From contig NC_068997.1 of assembly GCF_001194135.2 (NCBI RefSeq), positions 2,286,829 through 2,350,828 of the forward strand: 64,000 bases of DNA, given 5' to 3'. The notes under the pieces are model-generated. The model was not told the origin of the DNA, did not search any database, and saw only the letters and a list, made by a program, of their open reading frames with translations. Made by a program: the position numbers and the translations under genes. Below are positions 13,310-25,740 of the stretch, piece by piece (the first letter of the stretch is position 1; the number at the start of each line of letters is the position of its first letter). This DNA is from Octopus bimaculoides (lineage: Eukaryota).

Positions 13310-13665
13310 ATGAGTGTGGGTGCATTTTTCTTCCTTTTGGCCAGGATCTAACCCAGGCCACAGCAACAAAGTCCACCTGCCATACTTTTCGGCTCCTCAT
13401 CACTGCTTCGAGGTTCTGGAAACATTCCAGGCCAGTGTCTGCGATTAAATCGTCAATGTAAGTGGGGCAACGTTTTCCTCTTCTTACATCACCATTCACT
13501 GGGTTTCACAGGACTAGTTTTGATGCTTCCAGTTCAGGGTGATGTACGCAGTGACTAGACAGAAGCAGCCATGTTTGCCTGATCTTCTCACCAGCTTTCA
13601 GCAGGTCTCCACGAAAGCATTTATAAGAATTGGATGAGATATGGCGGCTCGGCCAACTCTCCCCA
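13310..13665 (-). mobile_element. RTE-like ORF C-terminus (different subfamily)
   Basis: SHCVHHPELEASKLVL and GDVRRGKRCPTYIDDLIADTGLE...VMRSRKVW. Confidence 0.7.
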
Positions 13666-14015
13666 GTTCTTATATTAATCATTAAAATCCAGAAATACAA
13701 CAACACGAGGGAAAACGGTAACAACAGATCAATAATTTATTCTAGGTTGGTGTAGAGCCGTTTCGTTCCTGGGTGAACAGGCATGCCGCTAGAATACCAA
13801 GGAAGCTTCAAACATGTCAGTATCGAGTTGAGAGAGCACTGGAAGATACGTGTTGTCACGACCGCTGCTAGATAGAGAAGAGGACAAACGCTATTGCTCT
13901 CTCTCCACCTGTTGCATTGCGCATGCGTGCCCAGGTACTTCCGCTGACGGCAAGTCCCTTGCACATGCGCAATGGCACTTCCCAAGATGACCGCCAATGG
14001 TGGCCACACATTTGT
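13665..14015 (-). mobile_element. GC-rich CpG-containing island, candidate solo LTR or promoter-like segment
   Basis: GCGCATGCG-type palindromes at 13918-13930 and 13960-13971, CGGAAGT on minus, AATAAA on minus (13736-13741). No TSD found. Confidence 0.4.
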
Positions 14016-15321
14016 AGCATCCTTGTATAGCAGCCATCAATCATGTTTAATAATTACTTTGCCAGTGTCTATATTTCACTCCCATATAATAACACTGGTT
14101 CGACAGTTGTGTGTTTAAATTTGCACTTCTGCAATGAACACTAGGTACAAGTGGTGGTGATGATGATGTCATTTCTCAATAAATTATTGCTTTTGGTTTT
14201 GTTACTCTGAAGATGTGTCGAACAAGAAATCCCTTCCTTGGAAAAACAGGTAAAGAGTTAAAGATGGGCAGAGTGTCTGTTTGTAAAACTATACCTCCAT
14301 AATATAAGCAGTCTCCATTATATAGGCATGGAGAAAGAGGGGACAGTAAATGACGTGTATATTCTCAACATGCAAATCAGTGAGTCCTATACATACTGTA
14401 CTTGAAACATTAACTAAATGACATACATAAACATATAAATATTCCATTTACAGAAATATCACCTTTGAATATTGAATATAGGAGTGAGTATGGGGAGAGA
14501 ATGAGGTAGAAAGAGAGAAAAAAACAAAAAGATATGAAAACTGTGTGCATATATATGCACATTCACATACATATATACACACATACATACATACATATGT
14601 ACACACAAATAATATATACAAGGATATATATATCCATATATACACACACATACACATATATGTGCATATATACAAATATATACATGTATACATATAGATA
14701 TATATATATACACACACACATATGTGCATATATATAAATATATACATGTATACATATAAATATATATATACATACATATATACACAGATATACATATATA
14801 TATAAATATATGTGTGTATATATACACGTATGTATGTATGTATTATGTATAATGGAATATCATGAAGATTCTGCTATCAAGCTAAGATATGTCGAGAGCT
14901 TAAAAACTGAAAGTGCAACAGAATTCCAGATATCAGCACATTTATAAGATTTCTCCGGAATTTCGATTTAATATTCTCATTTTAATATCTTGCATTGCTC
15001 ATATTGACTTTAACAAAGAACAAAAACCACACAGTTGCATTCACACATGCTCACACTTCCCCCTGAAACACACATACACAAAGATACATGTGTGTGTGTG
15101 TCTAATAATGTGTATAGACAGATATATACATACATACATGCGTACATAGAGGGAGAGAGAGAGAGAGTCAAATGTAGCAACACATGAACACACACAACAA
15201 AATCATTTACTTTTCTTATTTTCTAACTGAAGAGATGCACAGATTTTATTTCACATTTAACTAATTTATCTTTTATCTATACGCACATATTAACTTACTT
15301 ACACACACACACACACACATA

Positions 15322-15392
<71 letters not shown>

Positions 15393-15614
15393 CTATATAT
15401 ATATATATATACATACACACATGCACATGCAATCAACATATGCACACACATGTTTACCCATTACATGCATATGCACACACGTAAATACAGTTATAGTCAC
15501 AAGTATGGCTACGCGATTAACACATTTCCTTCTCAACCATGTCCTTGTGAGTACATTTGCAGACAGTAACACAAATGAAGCCCATTGTGTGTGTGTATAT
15601 ATATACATACATAC

Positions 15615-15647
<33 letters not shown>

Positions 15648-15648
15648 T

Positions 15649-15950
15649 GAGCGTGGCCGTTGCCAGTACCGCCTGACTGGCCTTCGTGCGGGTGACACGT
15701 AAAAGCACTCACTACACTCTCAGAGTGGTTGGCGTTAGGAAGGGCATCCAGCTGTAGAAACTCTGCCAAANNNNNNNNNNAAAAGCACTCACTACACTCT
15801 CAGAGTGGTTGGCGTTAGGAAGGGCATCCAGCTGTAGAAACTCTGCCAAACCAGATTGGAGGCTGGTGTTGCCATCCGGTTTCACCAGTCCTCAGTCAAT
15901 TCGTCCAACCCATGCTAGCATGGAAAGCGGACGTTAAACGATGATGATGA
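15649..15950 (+). mobile_element. RTE family A 3' end (contains an assembly overlap at a 10-N gap)
   Basis: gcgtggccgttgccagtaccgcc ... gttaaacgatgatgat. Confidence 0.88.
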
Positions 15951-16179
15951 TATATAGGACTAGGGATGAATACCAAGTGAACTGGTTCTGGACAGTGGGG
16001 GAAGATAATTGATGTCAAGGAAAAGCTGCAGTTAGAGAGAAGGGAGGTGAAGTGTGGGAGGGGAGTCATGAGCAGGGAATTGAGCAAAGGGCCTAGATGT
16101 CCTTATATATATATATATATATAAACACATACAGTGCTTTCGGAACTTAGTTCTACAGAGTTGAGCATATTGCTGGTCN

Positions 16180-16598
16180 NNNNNNNNNGTCATCTGTTCT
16201 ACAAGGTTCAAAGTCTTGATATCAGCCTTCACCATTTCACAGTAGGTCTTCCTTGTTCACCTTATTCTACATGCTCCATCCACATTAAGTGGTCAGCTCT
16301 TCTTTATACAGCTGTCGTCATCCCTGTGCATCACACATTCATACTAGAGTAGTCTACTCTCTTGCAAGTTACCTCTGAGTCTTCTTTTGCTCAGTTTTTC
16401 TCTCAAACAACACATTTATACAATATCATTCATTGCACATTCAATGAAATATGCTTACTCCATTTCTGCCTAGCTTCCTCAAGTCCTCTGCATTCAAGGC
16501 CCATCTCTTACTACAAGACAATATCATAGTTCTCACACAAGCGTCATACAATCTGTCATTTATTCAGAGAGAAAAGACTTTTATTGCCAGCAATACTC
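16180..16598 (-). mobile_element. Old RTE RT C-terminal fragment
   Basis: Alignable by eye to the 50680 copy (cacaagcgtcatacaatctg equals reverse of the LYDACV region). Confidence 0.7.
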
Positions 16599-16599
16599 T

Positions 16600-17003
16600 C
16601 TTTTACTCTTTTACTCTTTTACTTGTTTCAGTCATTTGACTGCAGCCATGCTGGAGCACTGCCTTTAGTCAAGCAAATCGACCCCAGGACTTATTCTTTG
16701 TAAGCCTAGTACGTATTCTATTGGTCTCTTTTGCTGAACTGCTAAGTTACAGGGATGTAAACACACCAGCATCGGTTGTCAAGCGATGTTAGGGGGACAA
16801 TCACAGACATACAAACACACATATATATATATACATATACATATATATGACAGGCTTCTTTCAGTTTCCGTCTACCAAATCCACTCACAAGGCTTTGGTT
16901 GGCCCGAGGCTATAGTAGAAGACACTTGCCCAAGGTGCCACGCAGTGGGACTGAACCCGGAACCATGTGGTTGGTAAGCAAGCTACTTACCACGCAGCCA
17001 CTC
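16600..17003 (-). mobile_element. tRNA-derived CORE-like SINE (family S1), near full length, internal TA/CA microsatellite
   Basis: Head with A/B-box-like ggctgcgtggtaag / gggttcagtcc, then tggcaccttgggcaagtgtcttct resembling the CORE domain; tail ...ctccagcatggctgcagtcaaatgactgaaacaagtaaaag. Confidence 0.85.
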
Positions 17004-17367
17004 CTCAGAAGCTTCCTGACCATTTTATCATCCTATTCTTACCTTAGCTACCGTATTTCAGAATTACCACCATCCCTGCTAATTAGGTCGCATAGGTAAC
17101 AAAAGCTATCAACAACCTCGGAGGCACTTAAGAGAATCTCTCTCTCGTGTTCCAGTGCATGTCTTATATATGAAACTTACTTTCTTTGTTAATCCACCTA
17201 TAGTTCCAATATACCTTTGCTGTATCCATAACTTACACAACCAAATGCTGGACAGATTTTACCGACTCACCACTTCCTTAAAATTTCAGACCAACTGACT
17301 AAATTTGATATCATTACCATTACTATTATTACTATTGTTATTGTAGAAGTAGTAGTAGAAGTAGAAT

Positions 17368-17399
<32 letters not shown>

Positions 17400-17719
17400 C
17401 AAATGGTAAAATACAGCACTAATTTCTTTTGTAGCATATAGGTTGGAAAGTATATTACACACACACACACACAAATGGGAAAAAACTGTTATATATATCA
17501 TGATATATATATATATATGTGTGTGTGTTGTGCATGTGTATAAAATAATGGAGATTGTTACATATATATCTGGAGATTGCACAGGAAAAAAAGTATAACA
17601 AAACATGAAAAACAATAAACATATAAAATGAAAATGAATTCAGAAAAAAAAAAAATGGTCAAAAATAAAAAAAATCACTTTCTCTCTAAATGAATTTGTA
17701 AGAAAATTGATTGAATTAC

Positions 17720-17824
17720 CTTCTAGAACTGGGTTAGACAAGAGTAACTGTTCCTTGACATGGTCAATGTCAACCCCTTTACCTGACACCTGTGCTACAT
17801 ATTGCATTATTACTTTGCTGGCCT
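17720..17824 (-). CDS. Myo1b: Myosin I exon after P-loop, 105 nt, phase 1 to phase 1
   Basis: ttgttttcag|AGGCCAGC...CTAGAAG|gtaatt. In frame: (E)ASKVIMQYVAQVSGKGVDIDHVKEQLLLSNPVLE. From memory closest to vertebrate MYO1A/B (EASKLVMSYVAAVCGKG...VKEQLLQSNPVLE); the subclass call is less certain than the myosin-I call. Confidence 0.95.
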
Positions 17825-17834
17825 CTGAAAACAA

Positions 17835-17875
<41 letters not shown>

Positions 17876-18677
17876 TCATAATGACAACAACAACAATAAT
17901 AATAATAATAATAATCTTTTTCTACTAGAAACCTGAAATTTGGAGGAGAGCATTAGTTAATTACATAAACCCCAGTGTTCAAATGAATGAAAGCAAAGTC
18001 GATCTCAGCGGCATTTGAACTCAGAATGAAAAGACAGACAAGATGCTGTTGAGAATTTTGCCGAGCACACTAAAGATTCTGCCAGCTCACTGCCTTGAAC
18101 TTGATGATGATGATGAACAAATTCACTGAATAAATCTCTTCTTCTCTTCACCACATCACTATCTATTAGATTGGGGTGGTGGTGGTGTCTTTACAACAAC
18201 AACGATTACTGTTGTTTCTTACAGCAGATGTCGTCTGTGGGTAATTGTCTTCAGTCATTACCACTGTTAAAATGGCAGATCTTGCAATGCAAATGTGATG
18301 GAGGTGAAGGTGGGTGTTTCACACAGGGTAGTTTGGAAGCAGTTAAAGGAATGCTGCCATTAACTGGCCACAAATATATAGGCAGTAATAGCAAACACAC
18401 ACATAGATATGTACACACACATAGATACATATACATGTGTACATACATAAAAATATAAGAGATGCTTGTCATATACTCATATAGGGGCAGGCATAGCTGG
18501 GCAGTAAAAAGTTTACTTCTAATTACATGGTTTGGGAGTTCAGTCTCACTGCATGGCAGGCGTCTTCTTCTATAGCCCTTGGCTGACCAAAATCTTATAA
18601 GTGAATTTGGTAGGTAGAAAATGAAAGAAGTCTCTTGCATACATGTGTGTGTGTATATGTATATATACATATATATG

Positions 18678-18997
18678 AAGGTATGTGGCTTAGTGGTTAA
18701 GGCATTTGGCTCATGAACATAAGGTCGTGAGTTCAATTCCCAGTAACACGTTGCATCCTTCAGCAAGGCACTTTAATTCACATTGCTCCAGTCCACTCAG
18801 CTGGCAAAAATGAATAGTACCTGTATTTCAAAGGACCAGCTTTGTCACACTGTATCATGCTGAATCTGCCTGAGAACAATTTTAAGGGCCACACATGTCT
18901 GTGGAGTGCTCAGCCACTTGCACGTTAATTTCACAAGCAAGCTGTTCCATTGATCAGATCAGTTGGGACCATCATTGTCATAACCAACAGAGTGCTC

Positions 18998-19005
<8 letters not shown>
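18678..19005 (+). mobile_element. tRNA-derived SINE sharing the S3 tail but with a different middle
   Basis: tggcttagtgg / gagttcaattcc head; gcaaggcactttaattcacattgctccag middle; tail gtctgtggagtgctcagccacttgcacgttaatttcac as at 29140. Confidence 0.78.
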
Positions 19006-19035
<30 letters not shown>

Positions 19036-19065
19036 AACACACACACATATATACATACATACACA

Positions 19066-20397
19066 TACAAGGGGAAGTGACAAATCATCTGCACTTTTGC
19101 AAAAGCTTACTTTAGGTTGGCTGTACTGCCTTCAGCATTCGTACGTTATAAGGTTGTACTCTTGTGATTATATAACCAAGGTATGACTTTGATTGTTCCA
19201 GTTTTTTTTTTTTTTTTCTTGTGTTACCGAGTAAACATAGCAGCTCCACTGGCAGTGTGGACCAAAAAAGAACAGAGATCAGTGATTTCTTTGGTCTGAA
19301 AGCATTTCAAAAGCTGAAATTTGTTGCAGACTCTCAGTACATTACAGGGACAGCATTCTACTGCGTAGAAGCATGTATGAGTGGATCGGGAATTTTTGAA
19401 ATGACTGGACATGCATGAATGACAAGGAGGGAGCGGGACACCGGTCAACTCCCATTAGTGACATGAAGGTTCAACAAGCTCAAGAGATGGTTCTGATGAG
19501 TCCATGGGTGACCATCGATGAAGTAGCATGTTCTTTGCAAATTAGTCATTATTCTGCATACAAAATCATCTGCGACAGACTTTGCTAGCAGAAAGTCTGT
19601 GCGAGATGAGTGTCAAGAGAGCACACTGAAGCACATAGATGCAATAGTGTTGAGATCTGTCAATACTTACTCAGTAATGATAAAGGCAAAGCATTTTTTT
19701 AATAGAGAGAATAGTTACAGGAAATATACATGAGATGAGAGCTGGATCCATCACTCTGAGCTAGAATCAAAAGGCAGTGTAGGGAACGGAAACATCTGGA
19801 AATGTCAGCAAAAATGTAATTCAAGACTCAACCTTCTGCAGAAAAAGTGATACTAATCATTTTTTAGGTTGCAGAAAGACTTATTTTGGAACATTATTGG
19901 GAAAAGGGGTCTATAGTCACCAATGCAGACTGCAGTGAAATGCTGGCCAACAGACTGAAACCATCGATTTACACCAAACAGTGAAGTCTATTATCAATGC
20001 AAATGTTATTGCTCCATGACAATGCATGCCCACATACAGCTGACTGCACCATTAAAACCATAAAAAAAAAATTGAATTTTTAGATGCTGGAACATCCTGC
20101 AAACAGTTCAGATTTCACTGTTTGACTATCACATCTTTGACTTCTCAAATGTCCTTTCTGAGTTCATTGATTTGCTACAGATGAAGAAATGCAGGAAGCA
20201 GTGCATAAATAGCTGCACAACCAGTGAAAACTTTTCTTTTCTGATGGAAAAGCAAGCTTGTGATCTGTTGCAAGAAGTGCATTGAAAAGCAAGGAGACTA
20301 TGTCAAAAAAGTGTATAATTATTTAACCCCTGCTTCTTTGGCTTTAATAACTTACTGAAACATAAGTGTGCATAAGTTTTGACTTACCTCTTTTATA
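19066..20397 (+). mobile_element. Decayed full-length mariner (D,D34D) transposon, ~1.33 kb
   Basis: Broken frames give KKEQRSVI, DESWIHH (~19734), HDNACPH (~20015), DYHIF (~20120), KCIEKQGDYVKK. Degenerate ~30-bp TIRs tacaaggggaagtgacaaatcatctgcac / gtgcataagttttgacttacctcttttata in TA context. Confidence 0.88.
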
Positions 20398-20537
20398 CAC
20401 ACACACATAAACATACATACACACATATATATATATGTGCATGTATGTATAAAATATATATGGAAATATATATATGTGTATACACATATATGTGTATATA
20501 AATGTTTACACCTGTATGTGTGTGTGTGAGAATATAC

Positions 20538-20586
<49 letters not shown>

Positions 20587-20700
20587 NNNNNNNNNNNNNN
20601 NNNNNNNNNNNNNNNNNNNNNNNNNNNNNNNNNNNNNNNNNNNNNNNNNNNNNNNNNNNNNNNNNNNNNNNNNNNNNNNNNNNNNNNNNNNNNNNNNNNN

Positions 20701-20751
<51 letters not shown>

Positions 20752-22289
20752 TGTGTGTCTTTGTCTACCCTCACCTACCACTTGACAACTAATACTGGTT
20801 TGTTTACGTCCCTGAATCCCTGAAACTTAGCAGTTTGGTAAAAGAGACTGATAAAATAAATGCCAGACTTTAAAAACTAAGCCCTGGGGTTAATTTGTAA
20901 GACGAAAAGCCCTTCAAACATGGTACCCCAGCATGGCCGCAGTTCAATGACTGACACAAGTAAAAGGCCCATAGCCTGAATCCACCTATCATGTACACAT
21001 ATTACTGCATAACCTATCATACCTTTTATCTACCCACCCTGAACCTGTTTAATTTACCTGTCTACCATCTCCTCATGTGACTGTATAACATATCCCACCC
21101 TTAATTCACCCAGCATCTCGCCATTATTCCTAATCTCATCCATAGTGTCAAGTATCTTTGAATATTTTATCATTTCTCTAAAACATTTTACTTCCTTTTC
21201 TTCTCACAAAATGGTAAACTGTTTTGGAACAATGCAATGTGTGTGTGTGTGTGTGTTTATGTATGTATGTATGTATGTATGTATGTATGCGTCTATATTG
21301 TTTATATGTGAGTGTGTAGTCATTTATTGTGTCTGTAGCCATGTATATGTGTGTGTGCATAGGTTCATATGTGATTCGATATATTTACATATACATTGAA
21401 TATTGATATTGATGCACATAAGTATGAGTGTATACAAAAGTATGAATCAGTGTGTATATTTAATATATGTAAATGTGAATAGATGAGTATATGAATGTGT
21501 ATATGTAATAAGTGTGATTAAATATATTTAGAGACACATTAAATATTTATGTATGTATATAAGAAATATGTTTATATGTATGTACATAAGTAAATATGTA
21601 CATATGTATGTGTGCGTGTATATACATAAGAGTGAATGCATGTATATGTATATGTGTGTGTGTGTGTGTGTATGCGTGCGCACGTGCTTATGTGTTTAAC
21701 TACTGATATGTCATTCATTAATACAATTATCAAATATTCAGATAATGAAGATTTCAGCAAACAAACACATAAAATAAAACTAACAAAACTATAAAATATA
21801 ATATCTATACATACATACATACATTCATATACACATATGTACAAATATGTGTATATATATATATATGTATATACACACACACACACACACACATACAAAT
21901 CCAAATGACTCACCACCACCATCATTAGTTTATCATCTCTACTAATCACCTACACCATCACCGTTACATTACCACTATCTCTACACCAACCACACCAACT
22001 CCCCCACCCTGACCCTCAGGCCATTTCTATAAATACACATAAATCTCCATTCGAACAATAATCTATCTCCCGGCCAACACAGCAAGCTTCTATCACCTTA
22101 ATTACTGCAACTATTTACCAAGACATTACATCAGTCTCCAATATTCTGAGATAACTATTCAAAGACTAACTAATGTAGCTCCAGACTGAGCACATTTCCC
22201 ATCTGGTGGGGGTAAGTAGTGGGAAAGTGTCAGCTAGAGCAGTGTTATATAGAGTATATGATGAAGGGCATCCTGTTATTTAGCTATTA

Positions 22290-23010
22290 TCATCATCATC
22301 ATCATCATCCTCATCATTCTTTATCGTCTGTTTTCCATGCTGGCATGGGTTGGATGGTCTGACTGGAGCAGGCAAGCCAGAGAGCTGCAACCAGGTTCCG
22401 CTCTGATTCGGTATGGTTTCTATGGCTAGATGCCCTTTCTAATGCCAGCCACCTTACAGTGTGTACTGGGTGCTTTTAATGTGGCCCCAGCATGAGCACT
22501 TTTACATGTCACCAGTACGGGTGCTTTTTGTGTGGCACTGGCAAAAGTGCTTCTAATATGGCACCAGTACAGGACTCTTGCAGGCTAATCCTCTTTGCCA
22601 GGGGATGTGGTTGTAACACTGCTGCTGTGAAGTATGGGTCTTCTGGAGTACACAAGGTGACAATTATCTCAGTCCTTTGTCATTGCGTCCAAAAGGTTTA
22701 GCATTCTGAGGTCATCTATCAAGACTTTGTCCTATGTCTTCTTACATCTCCCCCTTCCATGAATTTCATCCACTTTGAGTGAACAGCACTTTACAGAGCT
22801 GTCAGCATCCATCTGCATCACATAACCAATCCAGTGGAGTCTTCTCTCTTGCACATTGCATCTAATTTCTCTTATGCCAACTTTTCTCTGAATACACTAA
22901 CACTCTGTGACACAAGTACACTTACATTACACATCCAGCAGAGTATACTAGCTTCATTCCTCTCTAGTCTTTACATGTCCTCTGCATTCCGGGCCCATGT
23001 CTCACTACCA
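22290..23010 (-). mobile_element. Old 5'-truncated RTE (family C)
   Basis: TAILHGSETWARNAEDM...ERNEASILCWMCNV; 3' end ccatgctggcatgg with (ATC)n tail at 22290. Confidence 0.82.
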
Positions 23011-23062
23011 TGTAGAATTGCTGTTGGATTTATATTATATTATATTATATTATATTATATTT

Positions 23063-23103
<41 letters not shown>

Positions 23104-23175
23104 AAGAGATTTGTTATGTAAGGCTGGAACAAGGGATGAAAAAGGTTACTCAGATTTGAGCAACAACTTTTCCAA

Positions 23176-23215
23176 ATGTCCTGAAGAAGGGGTTATAACC
23201 CTGAAATATAGAAAT
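23176..23215 (+). ncRNA. Minimal type-I hammerhead ribozyme motif (Penelope-like type), one stem I mismatch
   Basis: ATGTC CTGAAGA AGGG-GTTATAA-CCCT GAA ATAT A|GAAAT: intact core, 4-bp stem II, palindromic ATAT helix III, stem I 4/5 paired. Confidence 0.65.
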
Positions 23216-23344
23216 ACAGCGTAAAACCACAACTTTGTTTTGTTTTCTTTCCTTTTCCTTTTGTAGTTTACCTTGTACCTTCTTGCATTGTTCTGGCCTT
23301 ACACAACAAATCTCTTCAGAATAATAATACCTCACAATAAAATC

Positions 23345-23550
23345 CTCTTTGTGGTGTTTGTGGACTTTTCCAAGGCATTTGGCACTGGTCTGAGAAAGTA
23401 TTTCGAAAGTGCTAGAGCCTTATGGATGCCCTGAGATGCTCGTCAATATCATCAAGCAGTTCCACACAGTCATGAAAGGACTAGTCTCAGTTGGCAGAGA
23501 ATTTAGTGAAACGTTTGCAGTCAACCATGGTGTGAAGCAGGAGTGTGTGT
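23345..23550 (+). mobile_element. RTE/BovB-like RT core fragment
   Basis: LFVVFVDFSKAFGT...YGCPEMLVNIIKQFH...FAVNHGVKQECV (RT motifs FVDFxKAFD and GVxQG). Confidence 0.8.
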
Positions 23551-24044
23551 GCTTGTCCCAAGGTGCCATGCACTGGGACTGAACCCAGAACCATGTAGTT
23601 GGGAAACAAACTCCTTACCACACAACTACACCTACACACACACACACACACACATATATATCATCTTCATTATTACCGTCATTGTCATTTTAACATCAAC
23701 TATTCCATGATTCCATAGGACAGTTGAAATCTGTTAAAAGCAATTTCTCTACTGTCAGATGCTCTCCACAAACCCAAATCACAATATTCTGTCTTAACAA
23801 ACAACATATTAGATAAAGTAGATCATGTAGTCTCAGGTGGGATAGTTATTGTTGGAAAGTCTTTAATCAGGGACCTGCTCAATCCTCACTCACTCGATCG
23901 TAACTCACCTAACAATCATTCTGAACTCTAACAAAACTTGAAAAGAAACAATTCATTCAGATGAGTTTTTACTTAACTTTCACTCACAGCATTATCACAA
24001 TTTCAGTCTGTGGAGACTGTTTTTATTCTTCTAACTCTCATCAA

Positions 24045-24255
24045 GGTGCAGATCTGGCAGAAATGTGAGCATGCCAGGTGAAATGCTTAGTGGTATTTCG
24101 TCTGTCTTTATGTTCTGAGTTTCAATTCCACCAAGGTCGACTTTGCCTTTCATTCTTTCGGGGTCGATAAATTAAGTACCAGTTGCATACTGGAGGATCT
24201 AATCGACCAGCCCCCTTCCCCCAAATTTCCGGGCCTTGTGCCTAGAGCAGAAAAA
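24045..24255 (+). mobile_element. S2 SINE, tail type 2
   Basis: Same head and centre, tail ccccttcccccaaatttccgggccttgtgcctagagcagaaa. Other copies at ~1918-2112, 2415-2610, 6826-7025, 11795-11992, 17917-18097, 61620-61830 (minus) and 52655-52860, 52890-53090, 54535-54740, 62630-62825 (plus). Confidence 0.8.
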
Positions 24256-24279
24256 ATTCTTTTAACTCTTAACTTTCAC

Positions 24280-24700
24280 TTAGTTTCATTCATTTGACTT
24301 TGACCATGCTGGAGCACTGCTTTGAAGGGTTTTAGTTGAGCAAATCGATCCCAAGGACTTTTTTTTTTACAAACCTAGTACTTATTCTATCAGTTTCTTT
24401 TGTTGAACCACTAAGTTGCAGGGGCATAAACACACCAACACCAGTTGTCAAGCGGTGGGGGGTGGACAAACACAGACACTAAGACACATACGCATAGATA
24501 CATACACACAGACACATAGGTACACACACACACACACAATGGGTTTCTTCCAATTTCCATCTACCAAATCCATTAACAAGGCTTTGGTTGGCCTGGGGTT
24601 ATAGTAGAAGACACTTGTCCAAGGTGCCATGCAATAGGACTGAACCTGGAACCACATACCTGGGAAGCAAGCTTCTTACCACGCATCCACAACTATGCCC
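24280..24700 (-). mobile_element. S1 SINE
   Basis: Collinear with 16600-17003. Further minus copies at ~1278-1575, 1620-1870, 12985-13100, 29285-29630, 52430-52585 and 53840-54005. Confidence 0.8.
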
Positions 24701-25740
24701 ATTTTAATTAATTAAGTCAACACACACACAGACACGTGCGTGCATGCAAGCACATTACCTCCATCAAACCACCCACACACGACTCACAAACATACACATG
24801 AGTGGACAAAATTAAATGAATCTCAACACCCACACACACAGAACACTTACATAGACCCACACATTGAACCCACAAACAGACACAGAGACAATTCTTCAAA
24901 AATCTATTAAAAGTTATAATTTCCAAAATTTAAAGTCATAATAACTATTATAATTTTTAAAAAAAGAAACAACATACATTCATAACACGTACACACACAC
25001 ACACACACAGGTATACACCCATATGCAATACCTACACACATACACACACAAGCACATGCATGTGCACACACACTTGCTAAGGCACACACATACACGTACA
25101 GGCATAGATGTATGCACACATACAGGCACAAGCACACACTCACATGCACGCAGATATATTCACACATATGTAATCACATATGCAGAGCCACACACGTTTG
25201 CAAATGCATTTACACAGAACCATATATACTCACACACACACACATATATACGTATCTACGTACACATGCATTGAGGCAGAGATTTTTTGATGAAATCTGT
25301 GAAATTAGAAATGAGAAAAACAATCGCATTAAAAAAACAAATGAGTTTATGAGAAAAATGCTAAACTACTATGTCATCTAAAATAGCAATCGCCACTACC
25401 ACTACAACCATCACCAAGACTACAATTCTAACTAGAAGACCAACTACAATTACCCCTCACTATTGTAGCACTAACCACACCTGTCTACCTCAAAGTAACG
25501 CTACAACATCAACTACATCCAGCTACCACCGATACTACCACATCAGATACATCTCCTACCACCACCACAGCCAACACGCCCACCACTACTACCACCACTG
25601 TCATCACCATCACCACAACTGCAATATCAGTGATAAAAGAAATTATAGAACAATGCTTTGGTTTTGTTGAATGGTAGAATAAAATGTGTGGAGATGGCAG
25701 TGGTGGCGGTAGCAGTGGTGGCGATTATGTAATCTCAGAC

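Noticed and set aside
15701-15850. 70-bp direct repeat either side of a 10-N gap
   Set aside because: Identical contig-end overlap; assembly artefact, not a tandem duplication.
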